Below the pieces are notes generated by a model. It searched no databases. It was not told where the DNA came from and worked only from the letters and a program-made list of their open reading frames with translations. Source: Flavobacteriales bacterium (GTDB taxonomy: Bacteria; Bacteroidota; Bacteroidia; Flavobacteriales_G; NORP312). From it: 54,246 nucleotides of DNA. A program made the position numbers and the translations under genes. Location of the stretch: assembly GCA_016763645.1 (NCBI GenBank), contig JAESTK010000028.1, forward strand, positions 1 to 54,246. The letters run 5' to 3'. Of this stretch, positions 10,072-20,106 are shown in pieces (position 1 is the stretch's first letter; the number at the start of each line of letters is the position of its first letter).

Positions 10072-10908
10072 TTAAGCTCCTCCGCTAACAGTAAATGAAG
10101 TCATCGAAGAAGTAACTTTTGGATTAAGAATTAATACAGGTATTTGAGCTTGGTATGTGATTAACACTTGTTCCCTACTACTCGAACTCAATAAAGTGTC
10201 TAAAAACCCGTCTTGTTCATTCATAATGGCAATTAAATCTGCGTTTTTTTCTAAGGAAAAACGAATAATTTCATCAGCGATATCATTATCATCTGCAACA
10301 TGAGTAGTAAAAGAAACATTATGGTCTGCTAAATATTTTTTAGCAAAAATTATATTCCCACCGATTTTTTTTCTTAAAAATTCATCTTCTTCATATTGAA
10401 AAATTAAATGAACAGTAGAATTAAAATGCTTAGAAATTTCGGTTACGTAACCTAATTTTTGTTTTGTTTCACTCCTAAGGTCTAAAGGCATAACAATGTT
10501 ATCATAACCATTAACATCAGCTCCTTTATTTTGAACAATAATAAAAGGAACATTTGAATTCATAATTACTTTCATTGCATAGCTACCCATGTATCGTTGC
10601 ATTCCTTTAGCTCCGTGAGTACCCATTACAATAAATTTTGCGTTAAGCTCGGCAGCACTATTTCCAATTTCATCAAAGATGCTGCCTATTCGCACCTCTC
10701 CGGTAGCTTCCACACCATATTTAGAAGCAGCAGTCTTTGAAACAGCGTTAACTTTCGAACGCGCCTTATCTACTTCTTGCTGTTCTTTCACTACGGTTAA
10801 AATAACTAGTTTTCTGTTTACAGATTTAGCCATCATGGCACCATGTTCAATCGCGCAATCTCCAACGGAGGTAAAATCAGTTGGAATGAGAATTACTCCT
10901 TTACTCAT
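10072..10908 (-). CDS. universal stress protein (tandem Usp domains)
   Basis: ATG at 10908 gives MSKGVILIPTDFT. There are two Usp-like halves and a GTHGAKG nucleotide-binding motif. Confidence 0.8.
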   Translation of the reverse strand: MSKGVILIPTDFTSVGDCAIEHGAMMAKSVNRKLVILTVVKEQQEVDKARSKVNAVSKTAASKYGVEATGEVRIGSIFDEIGNSAAELNAKFIVMGTHGAKGMQRYMGSYAMKVIMNSNVPFIIVQNKGADVNGYDNIVMPLDLRSETKQKLGYVTEISKHFNSTVHLIFQYEEDEFLRKKIGGNIIFAKKYLADHNVSFTTHVADDNDIADEIIRFSLEKNADLIAIMNEQDGFLDTLLSSSSREQVLITYQAQIPVLILNPKVTSSMTSFTVSGGA

Positions 10909-11005
10909 AATGTTAATTTTTTTGTAATTTGGTACAATGTAAAATTTTTTAGGCAAATATTAACATTATTCCTAATAATTAAAAAGAGAAAGACAGGGCT
11001 TAAAT

Positions 11006-14000
11006 ATGCTGAGAGTAAAAATACAAGAGAGGACAAATAATTTTAATACTAAGATTAAGTATTGGGTTTTTGTGCTATTGTTAGCGGTAACAAGTGTTGG
11101 TTTTGCGCAAAAAGGAAATTCTTTTATTTCTAATTATTCTTTTTCGTCAAAAACGGGTCAGTTAAAAGTTCAGGATTTGGTTCAAGACAATTCAGGAGCA
11201 TTAGTTTTAGCGACTTCAAAAGGTCTTGCAATTTTTGACGGGGAGGGTTGGAGTATGGCGAAAACAAACTCTTATCCCTTACAACTTTACGTAAAGGATT
11301 CACGAATATATGTTGCTACATCAAAAGGGTTTGGTTATGCAGAAAAAAATGAAAAAGGTCAATATGAGTACAGTCAATTATCGGATACATTAACCGAAAC
11401 GAGTAGTTTTTGGACGATTCAAGAACGTGGCGAATCTATTTTTTTTAGTGGATCAGAAGGTATTGTTGAATATTCTGAAAAAAACAATACTATTTTAAAT
11501 ACGTGGTATTCAAAACCAGAAGAACCCTTCATAGGAACTTATCGATATCGGGAGAATATATATGTGGCAGTTTATAATCAAGGAATTCAGTCGCTTGAGG
11601 AGGGGGGACTAAAACCTATATCAACGCCAAAAAACATTACGAACCGTGAACTTATTTTTGTAATAGAAAACGATTCCAGTTCTATTTTTGGACTGGAAGA
11701 CAATACCTTATGGAGCTTCGATGGCGACCGATTTTCGGAACTTAATTTAGAATGTGAAGAATATTTAATCGAGAGCGAAATTTCGGGCGGGGTTGTTCTT
11801 TCAAACGGAAAATTAGCTATTTCTACCATTACTGGAGGGTGTATAATTGCGGACATTAAAACCGGTAAAACGTTAGATATAATTAACTATCAGACAGGGT
11901 TACCCGATGATGAGGTTTTTGCTATGACAACAGACAAAAATGGAGGATTATGGCTCGCGCACGAGTTTGGTTTAAGTCGTGCGAACCTTCATTTTTCGGT
12001 TAAAGATTATTCAACATATCCTGGGCTAGAAGGAAATTTATTATCATTATATGTCGATGATAATAACCTATACGTTGCCACAAGTGAAGGTGTATTTTAC
12101 TTAGACAAAGTAAAAAATTATCGAGAAATTGAAGTCCTTATTAAAAAGCAGATAGAAAGAGCAGTTCCGATAGAAACCAACTATATCGCTCCAATTATTG
12201 TTCTTGATAACGAGAACGATAAGCCGCAACAAGTTGTTGAATTATCTAGAAAACAACAGCGAAAAAACAAGAGAAAAAACAAGAGAGGTAGAAAGAAACA
12301 ACGGCTAGAAACAGAAGCCAATCCAGTAGAAAGAAGAGACTCAATTTTTGTTTCTGAAGAGCGATCACTGGCAGAAGAACAAAACCACGAGGATGAAAGA
12401 ATAGAGCAAAGTCAAAAATTATATGCGCTACAATCGATAAAGTATCTTTTTAAACCTATAAAAGGGATAGAAGACAAATGTAAAGAGTTGCTTATGGCGG
12501 GGGAGTATATAATAGTGGCAGGAAATAAAGGGTTATACGCAATAAAAAATGGCAAAGCAAAGACCATTATCGAAGGAAAATATATCAATAAACTGTATAA
12601 ATCTCGCTATAATAATCGAGTTTATGTTGGCGCGGCAGAAGGGTTTTTCTCAGTGATAGAAGAAAACGAAAAATGGAAAATTGAAGAACATTTCGAGAAG
12701 TTTGAAAACAACATAATTTCTATTGTCGAGCGCGATAATCATAACTTGTGGTTAGGCTCAGCAAATGTTGCATACAAGGTTCATATTGATGATGAAGCAA
12801 AACCTATCGAGATTAAGGCCTATTATTTTGATACAGAAACGACCGAAGAAGTTTTTGTTCGCGAAATTTATGGCAAGCCATTTTTCTTTCTACGTTCTGG
12901 CATTTATGGCTTTGATGCCGAGAAAGACAGCATTTATTATAATGATGAAGTAAACGAACGGTTTTTAAACCGGTATAGGTACATCTTTTCACAAAATACC
13001 ATAACGTGGATTTTATCTAATAACGAATGGATAAACATTAACCACGAGCCAGAATTGCTGTCCTTAAAAAGTTTTTATCTCAACCTATTTGACGCCATTC
13101 AAAATATTTTTGTCGATGAAAACCAAAACCTTTGGATAATTGACGGCAGTAATAAACTTTATTTCGTTGAAGCTATAAACATTCCGCTAACAGAGAAAAA
13201 ATTTGATGTGTTTTTTACCCAAGTAGAAAACACAAGTGGTTTAAATTTCACATTATCAAACTTAAATTTCGACTACAACAATAGCTCATTAACCTTTAAT
13301 GTATCTGCGCCTTATTTTGTAAAGGCAGAGGGCACAATTTATCAATATAAAATTGAAGGGTTAATGAACGAATGGTCTGAGTGGTCATCAAATTCGAGGA
13401 TTAATTTCCCATTTATTCCCGAAGGAAAATATGTAATGAAAGTTAGGGCGAAAAATGTATTTGGACAAGAGAGTGAGATTAAGGAGTTAGAATTTGTAAT
13501 TCACCCTCCATTTTATCGAACAATATGGTTTTACGGGTTAGCCATTATTGCAGGCGTTTTAACCCTTATAGGCATTATAAAAATACGAGAGAAAAGGTTA
13601 AAAAGAGAGCAATATATTTTAGAGAAAAAAGTAAAATTGAGAACTTCACAACTGAACCTCGAAAAGCAAAAATCGGACGAACTATTACTTAATATTTTGC
13701 CGCACGAAACAGCAGAAGAATTGAAAAGTAAAGGGAAAGCAACAGCACGGTACTATAATTTAACGACAGTGTTGTTTACTGATTTTAAAGGGTTTACTCA
13801 AATTTCAGAATCGATAACCCCAGTAGAATTGGTAAAAGAATTAGATGAGTGTTTCATTGGTTTTGATCAAATTGTTGAAGACCATAATATCGAGAAAATT
13901 AAAACCATTGGCGATGCATATATGTGTGTGGGAGGGGTTCCAGCTCGAAACCAAAGCAACCCTATTGAAGCCGTTCTGGCAGGATTAGCCATAACAGATT

Positions 14001-14377
14001 TTATGAGCGAAATGAAACATATTCGAACAAAAGAAAATAAGTCTTTTTGGGAACTTCGCTTGGGAATTCATACAGGACCGCTAATTGCAGGAGTTGTCGG
14101 TAAAAAGAAATTTGCCTACGATGTTTGGGGCGACACCGTAAATACTGCAAGCCGTATGGAATCTAGTGGAGAGCCTGGAAAAGTGAATATCTCCGCAGTA
14201 ACTCACCGCTTAATAAAAAATTATTTCGAATGTACTTCGAGAGGCAGGGTGGCGGCCAAAAATAAAGGAGATTTAGAAATGTATTTTGTGAACAGAATAA
14301 AACCAGAATTTGCAGAAGATATAAATGGGAGAAAACCAAACGAAAAATTAACACAAATAATTAACGATTTAAAGTGA
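11006..14377 (+). CDS. sensor class III adenylate/guanylate cyclase (signal peptide, Reg_prop beta-propeller, Y_Y_Y-like domain, TM helix, cyclase domain)
   Basis: The N-terminal region of about 830 aa resembles two-component-regulator propeller repeats and ends in YQYKIEG...W. A single TM helix follows (TIWFYGLAIIAGVLTLIGII). The C-terminal catalytic motifs are LFTDFKGFT, KTIGDAYM and VWGDTVNTASRMES. Confidence 0.85.
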   Translation: MLRVKIQERTNNFNTKIKYWVFVLLLAVTSVGFAQKGNSFISNYSFSSKTGQLKVQDLVQDNSGALVLATSKGLAIFDGEGWSMAKTNSYPLQLYVKDSRIYVATSKGFGYAEKNEKGQYEYSQLSDTLTETSSFWTIQERGESIFFSGSEGIVEYSEKNNTILNTWYSKPEEPFIGTYRYRENIYVAVYNQGIQSLEEGGLKPISTPKNITNRELIFVIENDSSSIFGLEDNTLWSFDGDRFSELNLECEEYLIESEISGGVVLSNGKLAISTITGGCIIADIKTGKTLDIINYQTGLPDDEVFAMTTDKNGGLWLAHEFGLSRANLHFSVKDYSTYPGLEGNLLSLYVDDNNLYVATSEGVFYLDKVKNYREIEVLIKKQIERAVPIETNYIAPIIVLDNENDKPQQVVELSRKQQRKNKRKNKRGRKKQRLETEANPVERRDSIFVSEERSLAEEQNHEDERIEQSQKLYALQSIKYLFKPIKGIEDKCKELLMAGEYIIVAGNKGLYAIKNGKAKTIIEGKYINKLYKSRYNNRVYVGAAEGFFSVIEENEKWKIEEHFEKFENNIISIVERDNHNLWLGSANVAYKVHIDDEAKPIEIKAYYFDTETTEEVFVREIYGKPFFFLRSGIYGFDAEKDSIYYNDEVNERFLNRYRYIFSQNTITWILSNNEWININHEPELLSLKSFYLNLFDAIQNIFVDENQNLWIIDGSNKLYFVEAINIPLTEKKFDVFFTQVENTSGLNFTLSNLNFDYNNSSLTFNVSAPYFVKAEGTIYQYKIEGLMNEWSEWSSNSRINFPFIPEGKYVMKVRAKNVFGQESEIKELEFVIHPPFYRTIWFYGLAIIAGVLTLIGIIKIREKRLKREQYILEKKVKLRTSQLNLEKQKSDELLLNILPHETAEELKSKGKATARYYNLTTVLFTDFKGFTQISESITPVELVKELDECFIGFDQIVEDHNIEKIKTIGDAYMCVGGVPARNQSNPIEAVLAGLAITDFMSEMKHIRTKENKSFWELRLGIHTGPLIAGVVGKKKFAYDVWGDTVNTASRMESSGEPGKVNISAVTHRLIKNYFECTSRGRVAAKNKGDLEMYFVNRIKPEFAEDINGRKPNEKLTQIINDLK

Positions 14378-14964
14378 ATTATCAAGCCGCACATCTATAC
14401 GTAACTAGTAGAATGAAGGAAGAACTTTCCTCAAACTTGATTTATCATGGGCTGCATCATACGTTAGATGTTATTGATTCTATAGCTATAATTGCGAAGA
14501 AAGAAGGGTTGACAGACCAAGAAACTACAATTGCTAAAACTGCGGCATTGTATCACGACATTGGATTCATTTTCGAATACGAAGACAATGAAATGTTGGC
14601 GATAGATTTGGCTAGCGAGACACTACCAAAATTTGATTATACGCTTTCAGAAATAAAAATTATTACAAGAATGATTGAGGCGACAATTATCCACGTAGAG
14701 CCAAACACATTGCTAGAAAAAATGATGGTAGATGCCGACTTTGATTATTTTGGGAGAAGCGATTTCGAGCAAATTGCCACAACATTACATAAAGAGCTTC
14801 AAATTTATAATAATGTTTACACAGCAGATCAATGGGATGAAGTTCAGCTTCAATTTTTGAAAACGCATCGGTATTACACCAATTATTCAATAAAAAATAG
14901 ACTTCCGAAAAAGAAAAAAAATGTGGAAAAAATTGTTGACAGACAGGCTAAACGCTTTGAATAG
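14374..14964 (+). CDS. HD-domain metal-dependent phosphohydrolase
   Basis: HGLHHTLDV, ALYHDIGF and DADFDYF are HD-superfamily ligand motifs. The GTG start overlaps the cyclase stop (GTGA). Confidence 0.7.
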   Translation: MNYQAAHLYVTSRMKEELSSNLIYHGLHHTLDVIDSIAIIAKKEGLTDQETTIAKTAALYHDIGFIFEYEDNEMLAIDLASETLPKFDYTLSEIKIITRMIEATIIHVEPNTLLEKMMVDADFDYFGRSDFEQIATTLHKELQIYNNVYTADQWDEVQLQFLKTHRYYTNYSIKNRLPKKKKNVEKIVDRQAKRFE

Positions 14965-16510
14965 TATCTACCAAAGCAATAACTGAGCTGTTCCAAGGTA
15001 AAATGTAGTTGCTTACACCCAATTCTTTTAGCTTTTTACCGGTAGAATTTCCCATAGCAATGTATGTTTTATTGCCTGTCGAGGGATGATGTCTAAAATA
15101 GAGAATCGCATTTGACGGGCTCGTTAGCACTACAATAGTAGTATCAGGCACATTCACGGATACATTTTCTACCGAGTGGTAAGCAACCAAATCAATTAAA
15201 TTAGTTTGATTTTTAAATTGCTTTTGAATAGTGCGATAGCTTGAACTCGAAATAGGAAATAGTACACTTTGAGTACCAACTAGTTCAGAAAAATCATGAC
15301 CAATTTCTTTTGTGTTAGTACTACTGCCAATAAACTTGGCCTTATATCCTTGCGTTTTTAACTCTTGATTTGTCGCCCCTCCAATTGCCCCTAGTTTTGT
15401 GTTTTCTCCAATTTGCGGGTTTTGTGAAAAGAAGTGTTTCACGCAGTTTTTTGAAGAGAAGAAAATCCAATCAGTTTGCTCAAAGCCATTGAAAGGAACT
15501 TGTTCAAAGACAGTTAAAGATTCGGCAGAAACTATAAATCCATTTTGCTCTAACGCCCGTCTAAAAAAAGTGTTTTTAGGTAGTTTTCGAGAAACAAAAA
15601 CGGTTTTTTTGGCGGGAGTTTCCTTTAGTTTTTTAATCACTTTTTCCGCAAGTCCTTCTGTTGAATTCGATTGGGCATAGACACGTTTTGGGTACGCGTC
15701 CCACGAACTTGAAGAAGAGGCCCAAACATGATATTCTCCATTTTTTTTAATGCAATAAGCACCTAATGGGAGCTGGCATCCGCCATCAAAAAGGTTTAAT
15801 ATTTTTCTTTCAACGCCAATTGTTTCCTGAATTTCTGAGTCGTTTAAAAGAGCCATTATTGGGGGCAATTCTGCATCATTTTTTCTGATTTGCCAGCCCA
15901 AAACACCTTGTGCTGGTGCTGGAATAAACTCTTTACAGGCAAGCTCTTCTACATGAAATTCAGATAAATCAATTTCTAATCGTTGAACTCCTGCAGCAGC
16001 AAGCATAATAGCATCATAACCACCGTCACGTAGTTTTTGAATTCGGGTGGGCACATTTCCTCGTAAGTCCTTTAGCTTAATATCTTGTCGAACAGAGAGC
16101 AACTGTGTTTTTCTTCTTGCTGAAGATGTGCCAACAACGGGCTTCTTCTTTAAACTAAAAGGTAGTTTTAGGTCAACAGACCCTTTCTTAATTAATAACA
16201 GTTCAGCGGGATTTTCTCGTTTAGAAACAGCAACAACAGTTAGTCCATCGGGTTGGCAGGTTTCTAAATCTTTGTGCGAATGAACGGCTAAATCAATGCT
16301 TTTATTTAGAAGCGCCTCTTCAATTTCTTTGGTAAAAAAACCTTTACCCTCCATTTTATCAAAGCTGAGGTGCTGGATTTGATCGCCACGAGTTTTAATT
16401 ATTTTTACCTCGACATTATGCCCGAGTTTTTCTAGTTTGTTTTTTGTGTAATTCGCTTGCCATAAGGCTAATTCGCTTCCGCGAGAACCGATGATTATTT
16501 TTTTACTCAT
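14948..16510 (-). CDS. hemC: bifunctional hydroxymethylbilane synthase / uroporphyrinogen-III synthase (HemC-HemD fusion)
   Basis: ATG at 16510 gives MSKKIIIGSRGSELALWQA. The cofactor-Cys region DGGCQLPLGAY lies near aa 250. The C-terminal region of about 220 aa looks HemD-like. Confidence 0.85.
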   Translation of the reverse strand: MSKKIIIGSRGSELALWQANYTKNKLEKLGHNVEVKIIKTRGDQIQHLSFDKMEGKGFFTKEIEEALLNKSIDLAVHSHKDLETCQPDGLTVVAVSKRENPAELLLIKKGSVDLKLPFSLKKKPVVGTSSARRKTQLLSVRQDIKLKDLRGNVPTRIQKLRDGGYDAIMLAAAGVQRLEIDLSEFHVEELACKEFIPAPAQGVLGWQIRKNDAELPPIMALLNDSEIQETIGVERKILNLFDGGCQLPLGAYCIKKNGEYHVWASSSSSWDAYPKRVYAQSNSTEGLAEKVIKKLKETPAKKTVFVSRKLPKNTFFRRALEQNGFIVSAESLTVFEQVPFNGFEQTDWIFFSSKNCVKHFFSQNPQIGENTKLGAIGGATNQELKTQGYKAKFIGSSTNTKEIGHDFSELVGTQSVLFPISSSSYRTIQKQFKNQTNLIDLVAYHSVENVSVNVPDTTIVVLTSPSNAILYFRHHPSTGNKTYIAMGNSTGKKLKELGVSNYILPWNSSVIALVDTIQSV

Positions 16511-17765
16511 TTTCGATAAGGATTTCACGTGCCATTTTCATAGGGACTGAAATATACTTTTTCTCAACGTATGCCAGCACCTTATCCAACACCTCTTTTG
16601 ACGATTTATCTAACTTAGCAATATCTTTAGCGAAAACCTCAGAAAGTGCTTTTTGGTGAATCTCTTTCACTGTTTGAGGAACTTTAGTCAAAGCGACTTC
16701 TAGCTTTCTTTTACGTTGCGCGAGATTAAATTCTTCTATGTGTTGTTCAATAATCGCATTACATCTTACCAGTTCTTTTTCCCGAATTTTAATATTTTCT
16801 TGTGCTATTTCTTTCAAAGAAGAAACTTGAATTAGGTGTACTGGGAATTCGTTTATAATCGATTGATCAAAATCGTTAGGAATGGCGAGATCAATCACTA
16901 CCTTTTTAGCTGAATCGTTACCAACCAATGTGGAATATATGTCTTTGGTAATGATATGGTGATTAGAGGCGGTGCAAGTAATTATTACATCAAACCCCTT
17001 ATTGTATTTTGGTAAGTCGGTTAAAGCATTGCTAATCCCATCAAGCTCAGCCGCCATAAGAGCAGCTTTAGTTAAGGTTCGATTAAAAACTGTAAAATCG
17101 GAATAACCATGTTTGTATAAAAACTTTGTTATGGCGCCATTTGTTTTGCCCGCACCAATTACTAGAATTCTCGCATTGAGCTTAACGTTTAGTTTAATGA
17201 GTTGCCGATATGCTAACGAAACAACCGAAACGGGGTTTTTAGCTATATCAGTATCGGTATAAACTTGTTTGGCAGTTTCAACAGTATGTTTAACAACTAA
17301 GCGGATAAAATCGCCAGTAAGTCCAATTTCTTTTGAGGTTTCATAGGCATTGCGTACCTGAGTGATTATTTCTCGTTCACCGATTACCATAGAATCTAAT
17401 GAAGACGCAACCCTGAAAGAATGGTTAATAGCATCTCGTCCAGTAAAAATTTCTGCCGAATTAACTATTTTCCTTGTTGTTTCGGCTGACCAATGTGGTG
17501 CAAATACATCGAAAAATTGGGTAACAAATTCTGAATTTATAGGGCGACCACTAACAATAAAAAATTCAACTCGGTTACAAGTCGATACGTACATCAATTC
17601 ATCTATATCTAAAGAAGCTTTAACAATACGCAACCTTTCAGCTTGAACAGTATCGTCCAAATGTAATTTCCCAACATCTTCTAACTCAAGATGTTTGTGC
17701 GTAAATGCTATAATCGTAAATCGTTTCAAAACTGTGTTAACTCTTTTTGCGGGGCAAAAAAGCAC
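16503..17765 (-). CDS. hemA: glutamyl-tRNA reductase
   Basis: STCNRVEF is the active-site motif and VIGAGKTNG is the NADP-binding motif. The stop overlaps the hemC start by 8 nt. The start codon is uncertain (GTG 17765 or TTG near 17729). Confidence 0.85.
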   Translation of the reverse strand: MLFCPAKRVNTVLKRFTIIAFTHKHLELEDVGKLHLDDTVQAERLRIVKASLDIDELMYVSTCNRVEFFIVSGRPINSEFVTQFFDVFAPHWSAETTRKIVNSAEIFTGRDAINHSFRVASSLDSMVIGEREIITQVRNAYETSKEIGLTGDFIRLVVKHTVETAKQVYTDTDIAKNPVSVVSLAYRQLIKLNVKLNARILVIGAGKTNGAITKFLYKHGYSDFTVFNRTLTKAALMAAELDGISNALTDLPKYNKGFDVIITCTASNHHIITKDIYSTLVGNDSAKKVVIDLAIPNDFDQSIINEFPVHLIQVSSLKEIAQENIKIREKELVRCNAIIEQHIEEFNLAQRKRKLEVALTKVPQTVKEIHQKALSEVFAKDIAKLDKSSKEVLDKVLAYVEKKYISVPMKMAREILIENE

Positions 17766-17821
17766 CTTTAAAATTTGGGTTTTGTCATAGAACTGTCATA
17801 ATGAATGAGACGTTCTTCGTG

Positions 17822-18574
17822 TTAGGTATAAAATTGTTTTAATGGCGCTGCAATTACTGACCTTGTTTTAGTTCGTAGCTCAGTCAAATCAGCCATTGTC
17901 ATTCCTTTTGTTTCGATTGGCGGGTGAATTATAATTTTACTTATCCCAGGACGGGCGTGACCTCCTAACGACCGAGCACCTTCTAATAATTTCCAATTGG
18001 TTTGAAAAGTAAGAGGAATTATAGGAACTTGTTTTTCAATAGCGAGTTTAAATGCGCCATTTTTAAAACCTTTCATTTTTGGAGTATGAAAATCAGGAAT
18101 TCCTCCCTCAGGGAAAATAACAACATTGTGTCCTTTATCTAATTGTCTTTTTGCTTCTTCAAAAGCACGGTGAGAGGCTATATTGCTTTTGCGATCTACC
18201 AAAATATTCATGCCAGTGGTAAAAAACCGATGAAAAAGTGGCCAATCTTTGATTTCTCCTTTTCCCATCATTACAAAGTAATCTGAAAGTACGCGGTACA
18301 TTATAATAATATCAAGGTATGAAGCATGATTTGAACAAAGTATAAAGTGGCAGTTTTTAGGCAAGTTCTTTACCCCCTCTTTTTTCACGATAATTCCTGT
18401 AAAAAAAACTACAAAACGCGACCAATTATTTAGTTGATTGAACGCCATCTTATATCTCGACTCTTTAGCAGTTGCCCAATAAAATATTGGATAAACGAGC
18501 ACCAAATACGATGTAAATACAACTAAAAAATAAAGTTTATAAACAACACGCGGGAACCAAAGTAGTTTATTCAT
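17822..18574 (-). CDS. 1-acyl-sn-glycerol-3-phosphate acyltransferase-like
   Basis: ATG at 18574 gives MNKLLWFP. The ORF has the HX4D motif NHASYLD and FPEGG. Confidence 0.8.
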   Translation of the reverse strand: MNKLLWFPRVVYKLYFLVVFTSYLVLVYPIFYWATAKESRYKMAFNQLNNWSRFVVFFTGIIVKKEGVKNLPKNCHFILCSNHASYLDIIIMYRVLSDYFVMMGKGEIKDWPLFHRFFTTGMNILVDRKSNIASHRAFEEAKRQLDKGHNVVIFPEGGIPDFHTPKMKGFKNGAFKLAIEKQVPIIPLTFQTNWKLLEGARSLGGHARPGISKIIIHPPIETKGMTMADLTELRTKTRSVIAAPLKQFYT

Positions 18575-18696
18575 TTTTTGAAAATGGAGAGCAAAAATAA
18601 ACAAGAAATTTTGATAAAATTGCATGACTTATGTAAGACACAACATCTTCGCTTTTGTTTTTCGAAGATTATACTTTAATTTTACGATCGCAAGTA

Positions 18697-20106
18697 ATGC
18701 CTGTTTCTAAGAAAATATCAATAGAGCTAGACAACTATCGCAATTTATTCGAGCATAGTCAAGATGGGATTTATTTTTCTTCATTAGATGGCAAAATACT
18801 AGAGGTAAACCGTGCATTTTATGATATTACAGGCTACACCAAGGAAGAGGTTAGCGCAATTAAATCTACTGACTTATACGTTAATCCTAAAATTCGAGAA
18901 AAATTTCAAAAGGAAATATTATTGAAAGAAACCGTGCGAGATTTTGAGGTAGAATTATATCGAAAAGATAAATCTAAAATAATATGTCTATTAACTTCGA
19001 GTATATTTAAAAACGAAACAGGGGAAATAATTGGATTTAAAGGGTTGATAAAAGACATTACCATTTTAAAAACCGCAATTTCGGCACTCAAAATTAGTGA
19101 GAAAAGATTTAGAGTCCTTTTTCACGGCTCACCAGATGCTGTTTTTGTAGAAGATTTAAAAGGTAATGTTTTAGATGCAAACCCTACTGCGTGTGATTTG
19201 TACGAGTTGTTATATACAGAATTAGTTGGGAATAACATTTTTGATTTTATGCCTGAAGAAAAGCAGCATAAGGCAAAAAATGATTTTCAAAAAATGATTA
19301 CAGGAGAACTAAAATCGCTCGAATCAATTTCGTATTCACCAGTATCTGATAGAGTGGTACCAATCGAAATTAACGTAAGTCGAATACGGTATCTTGACCA
19401 ACCTGCCCTATTGCTACACGTTAGAGACATAACGAAAAGAAAAGAGACTGAAAAAGAACTCCTAAAAGAAAGGAGAAAACGGCTTTTCGAAATTACTGAT
19501 ATTCAAGAACGGGAAAAGAAGAGAATGGCACGTGAGTTACATGACGGAATTGGCCAAATGCTGTTCGGAGCAAAAATGCACCTAGAATCTTTAAAACGAA
19601 AGGTCGAAGGACAAGAAACAATAAAAAAAACGGTCGCAGAAATTGAGTCACAATTGAAAGATATTATTGCAGAGGTTCGTGCGCTTTCTAGAAGGTTAAG
19701 ACCAAGCATTTTAGATGATTTCGGACTGGTTCCTGCACTTAAACAATTGTTCGAACAATTTAAAAACTCAACAGAAACGGAGTTAATAGTTCGCTTAGTT
19801 GATGAATCTGTTCGATTTAACCCAAGAACAGAAGTTGCGATTTACCGAATTATCCAAGAAGCAATTAACAACTCGGTTAGACACGGAAAATCAACAATAA
19901 TTTGGATAAGTTTAAGCGAAACAAAGCAAGGAACAGAATTAATAATTAGAGACAACGGAAAGGGGTTCGATAAATTTGAAGAAGAAGGTCATGGGTTAAA
20001 AAACATGCAGGAAAGAGCCGAAACAATTGGCGGACACTTCGAAATTAGTTCTGTAGAAAACCGAGGCACAGTTATAAAAATAGTAATACCGAATAGTGAT
20101 GAGTGA
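18697..20106 (+). CDS. PAS-domain sensor histidine kinase (HisKA_3 / NarX-DegS type)
   Basis: There are two PAS-like segments, the H-box RELHDGIGQ, and the HATPase motifs RDNGKGF and GHGLKNMQERA. The ATG at 18697 is preferred over the TTG at 18655. Confidence 0.85.
   Translation: MPVSKKISIELDNYRNLFEHSQDGIYFSSLDGKILEVNRAFYDITGYTKEEVSAIKSTDLYVNPKIREKFQKEILLKETVRDFEVELYRKDKSKIICLLTSSIFKNETGEIIGFKGLIKDITILKTAISALKISEKRFRVLFHGSPDAVFVEDLKGNVLDANPTACDLYELLYTELVGNNIFDFMPEEKQHKAKNDFQKMITGELKSLESISYSPVSDRVVPIEINVSRIRYLDQPALLLHVRDITKRKETEKELLKERRKRLFEITDIQEREKKRMARELHDGIGQMLFGAKMHLESLKRKVEGQETIKKTVAEIESQLKDIIAEVRALSRRLRPSILDDFGLVPALKQLFEQFKNSTETELIVRLVDESVRFNPRTEVAIYRIIQEAINNSVRHGKSTIIWISLSETKQGTELIIRDNGKGFDKFEEEGHGLKNMQERAETIGGHFEISSVENRGTVIKIVIPNSDE

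Noticed and set aside
13632-13641. TAAAATTGAG considered on its own as a specific regulatory decamer for the cargo genes.
   Set aside because: The same decamer occurs inside the cyclase coding region (13632-13641), and AAAATTGAG occurs inside radA (about 9922). The short motif alone is therefore not significant in this AT-rich DNA; only the extended module is reported.
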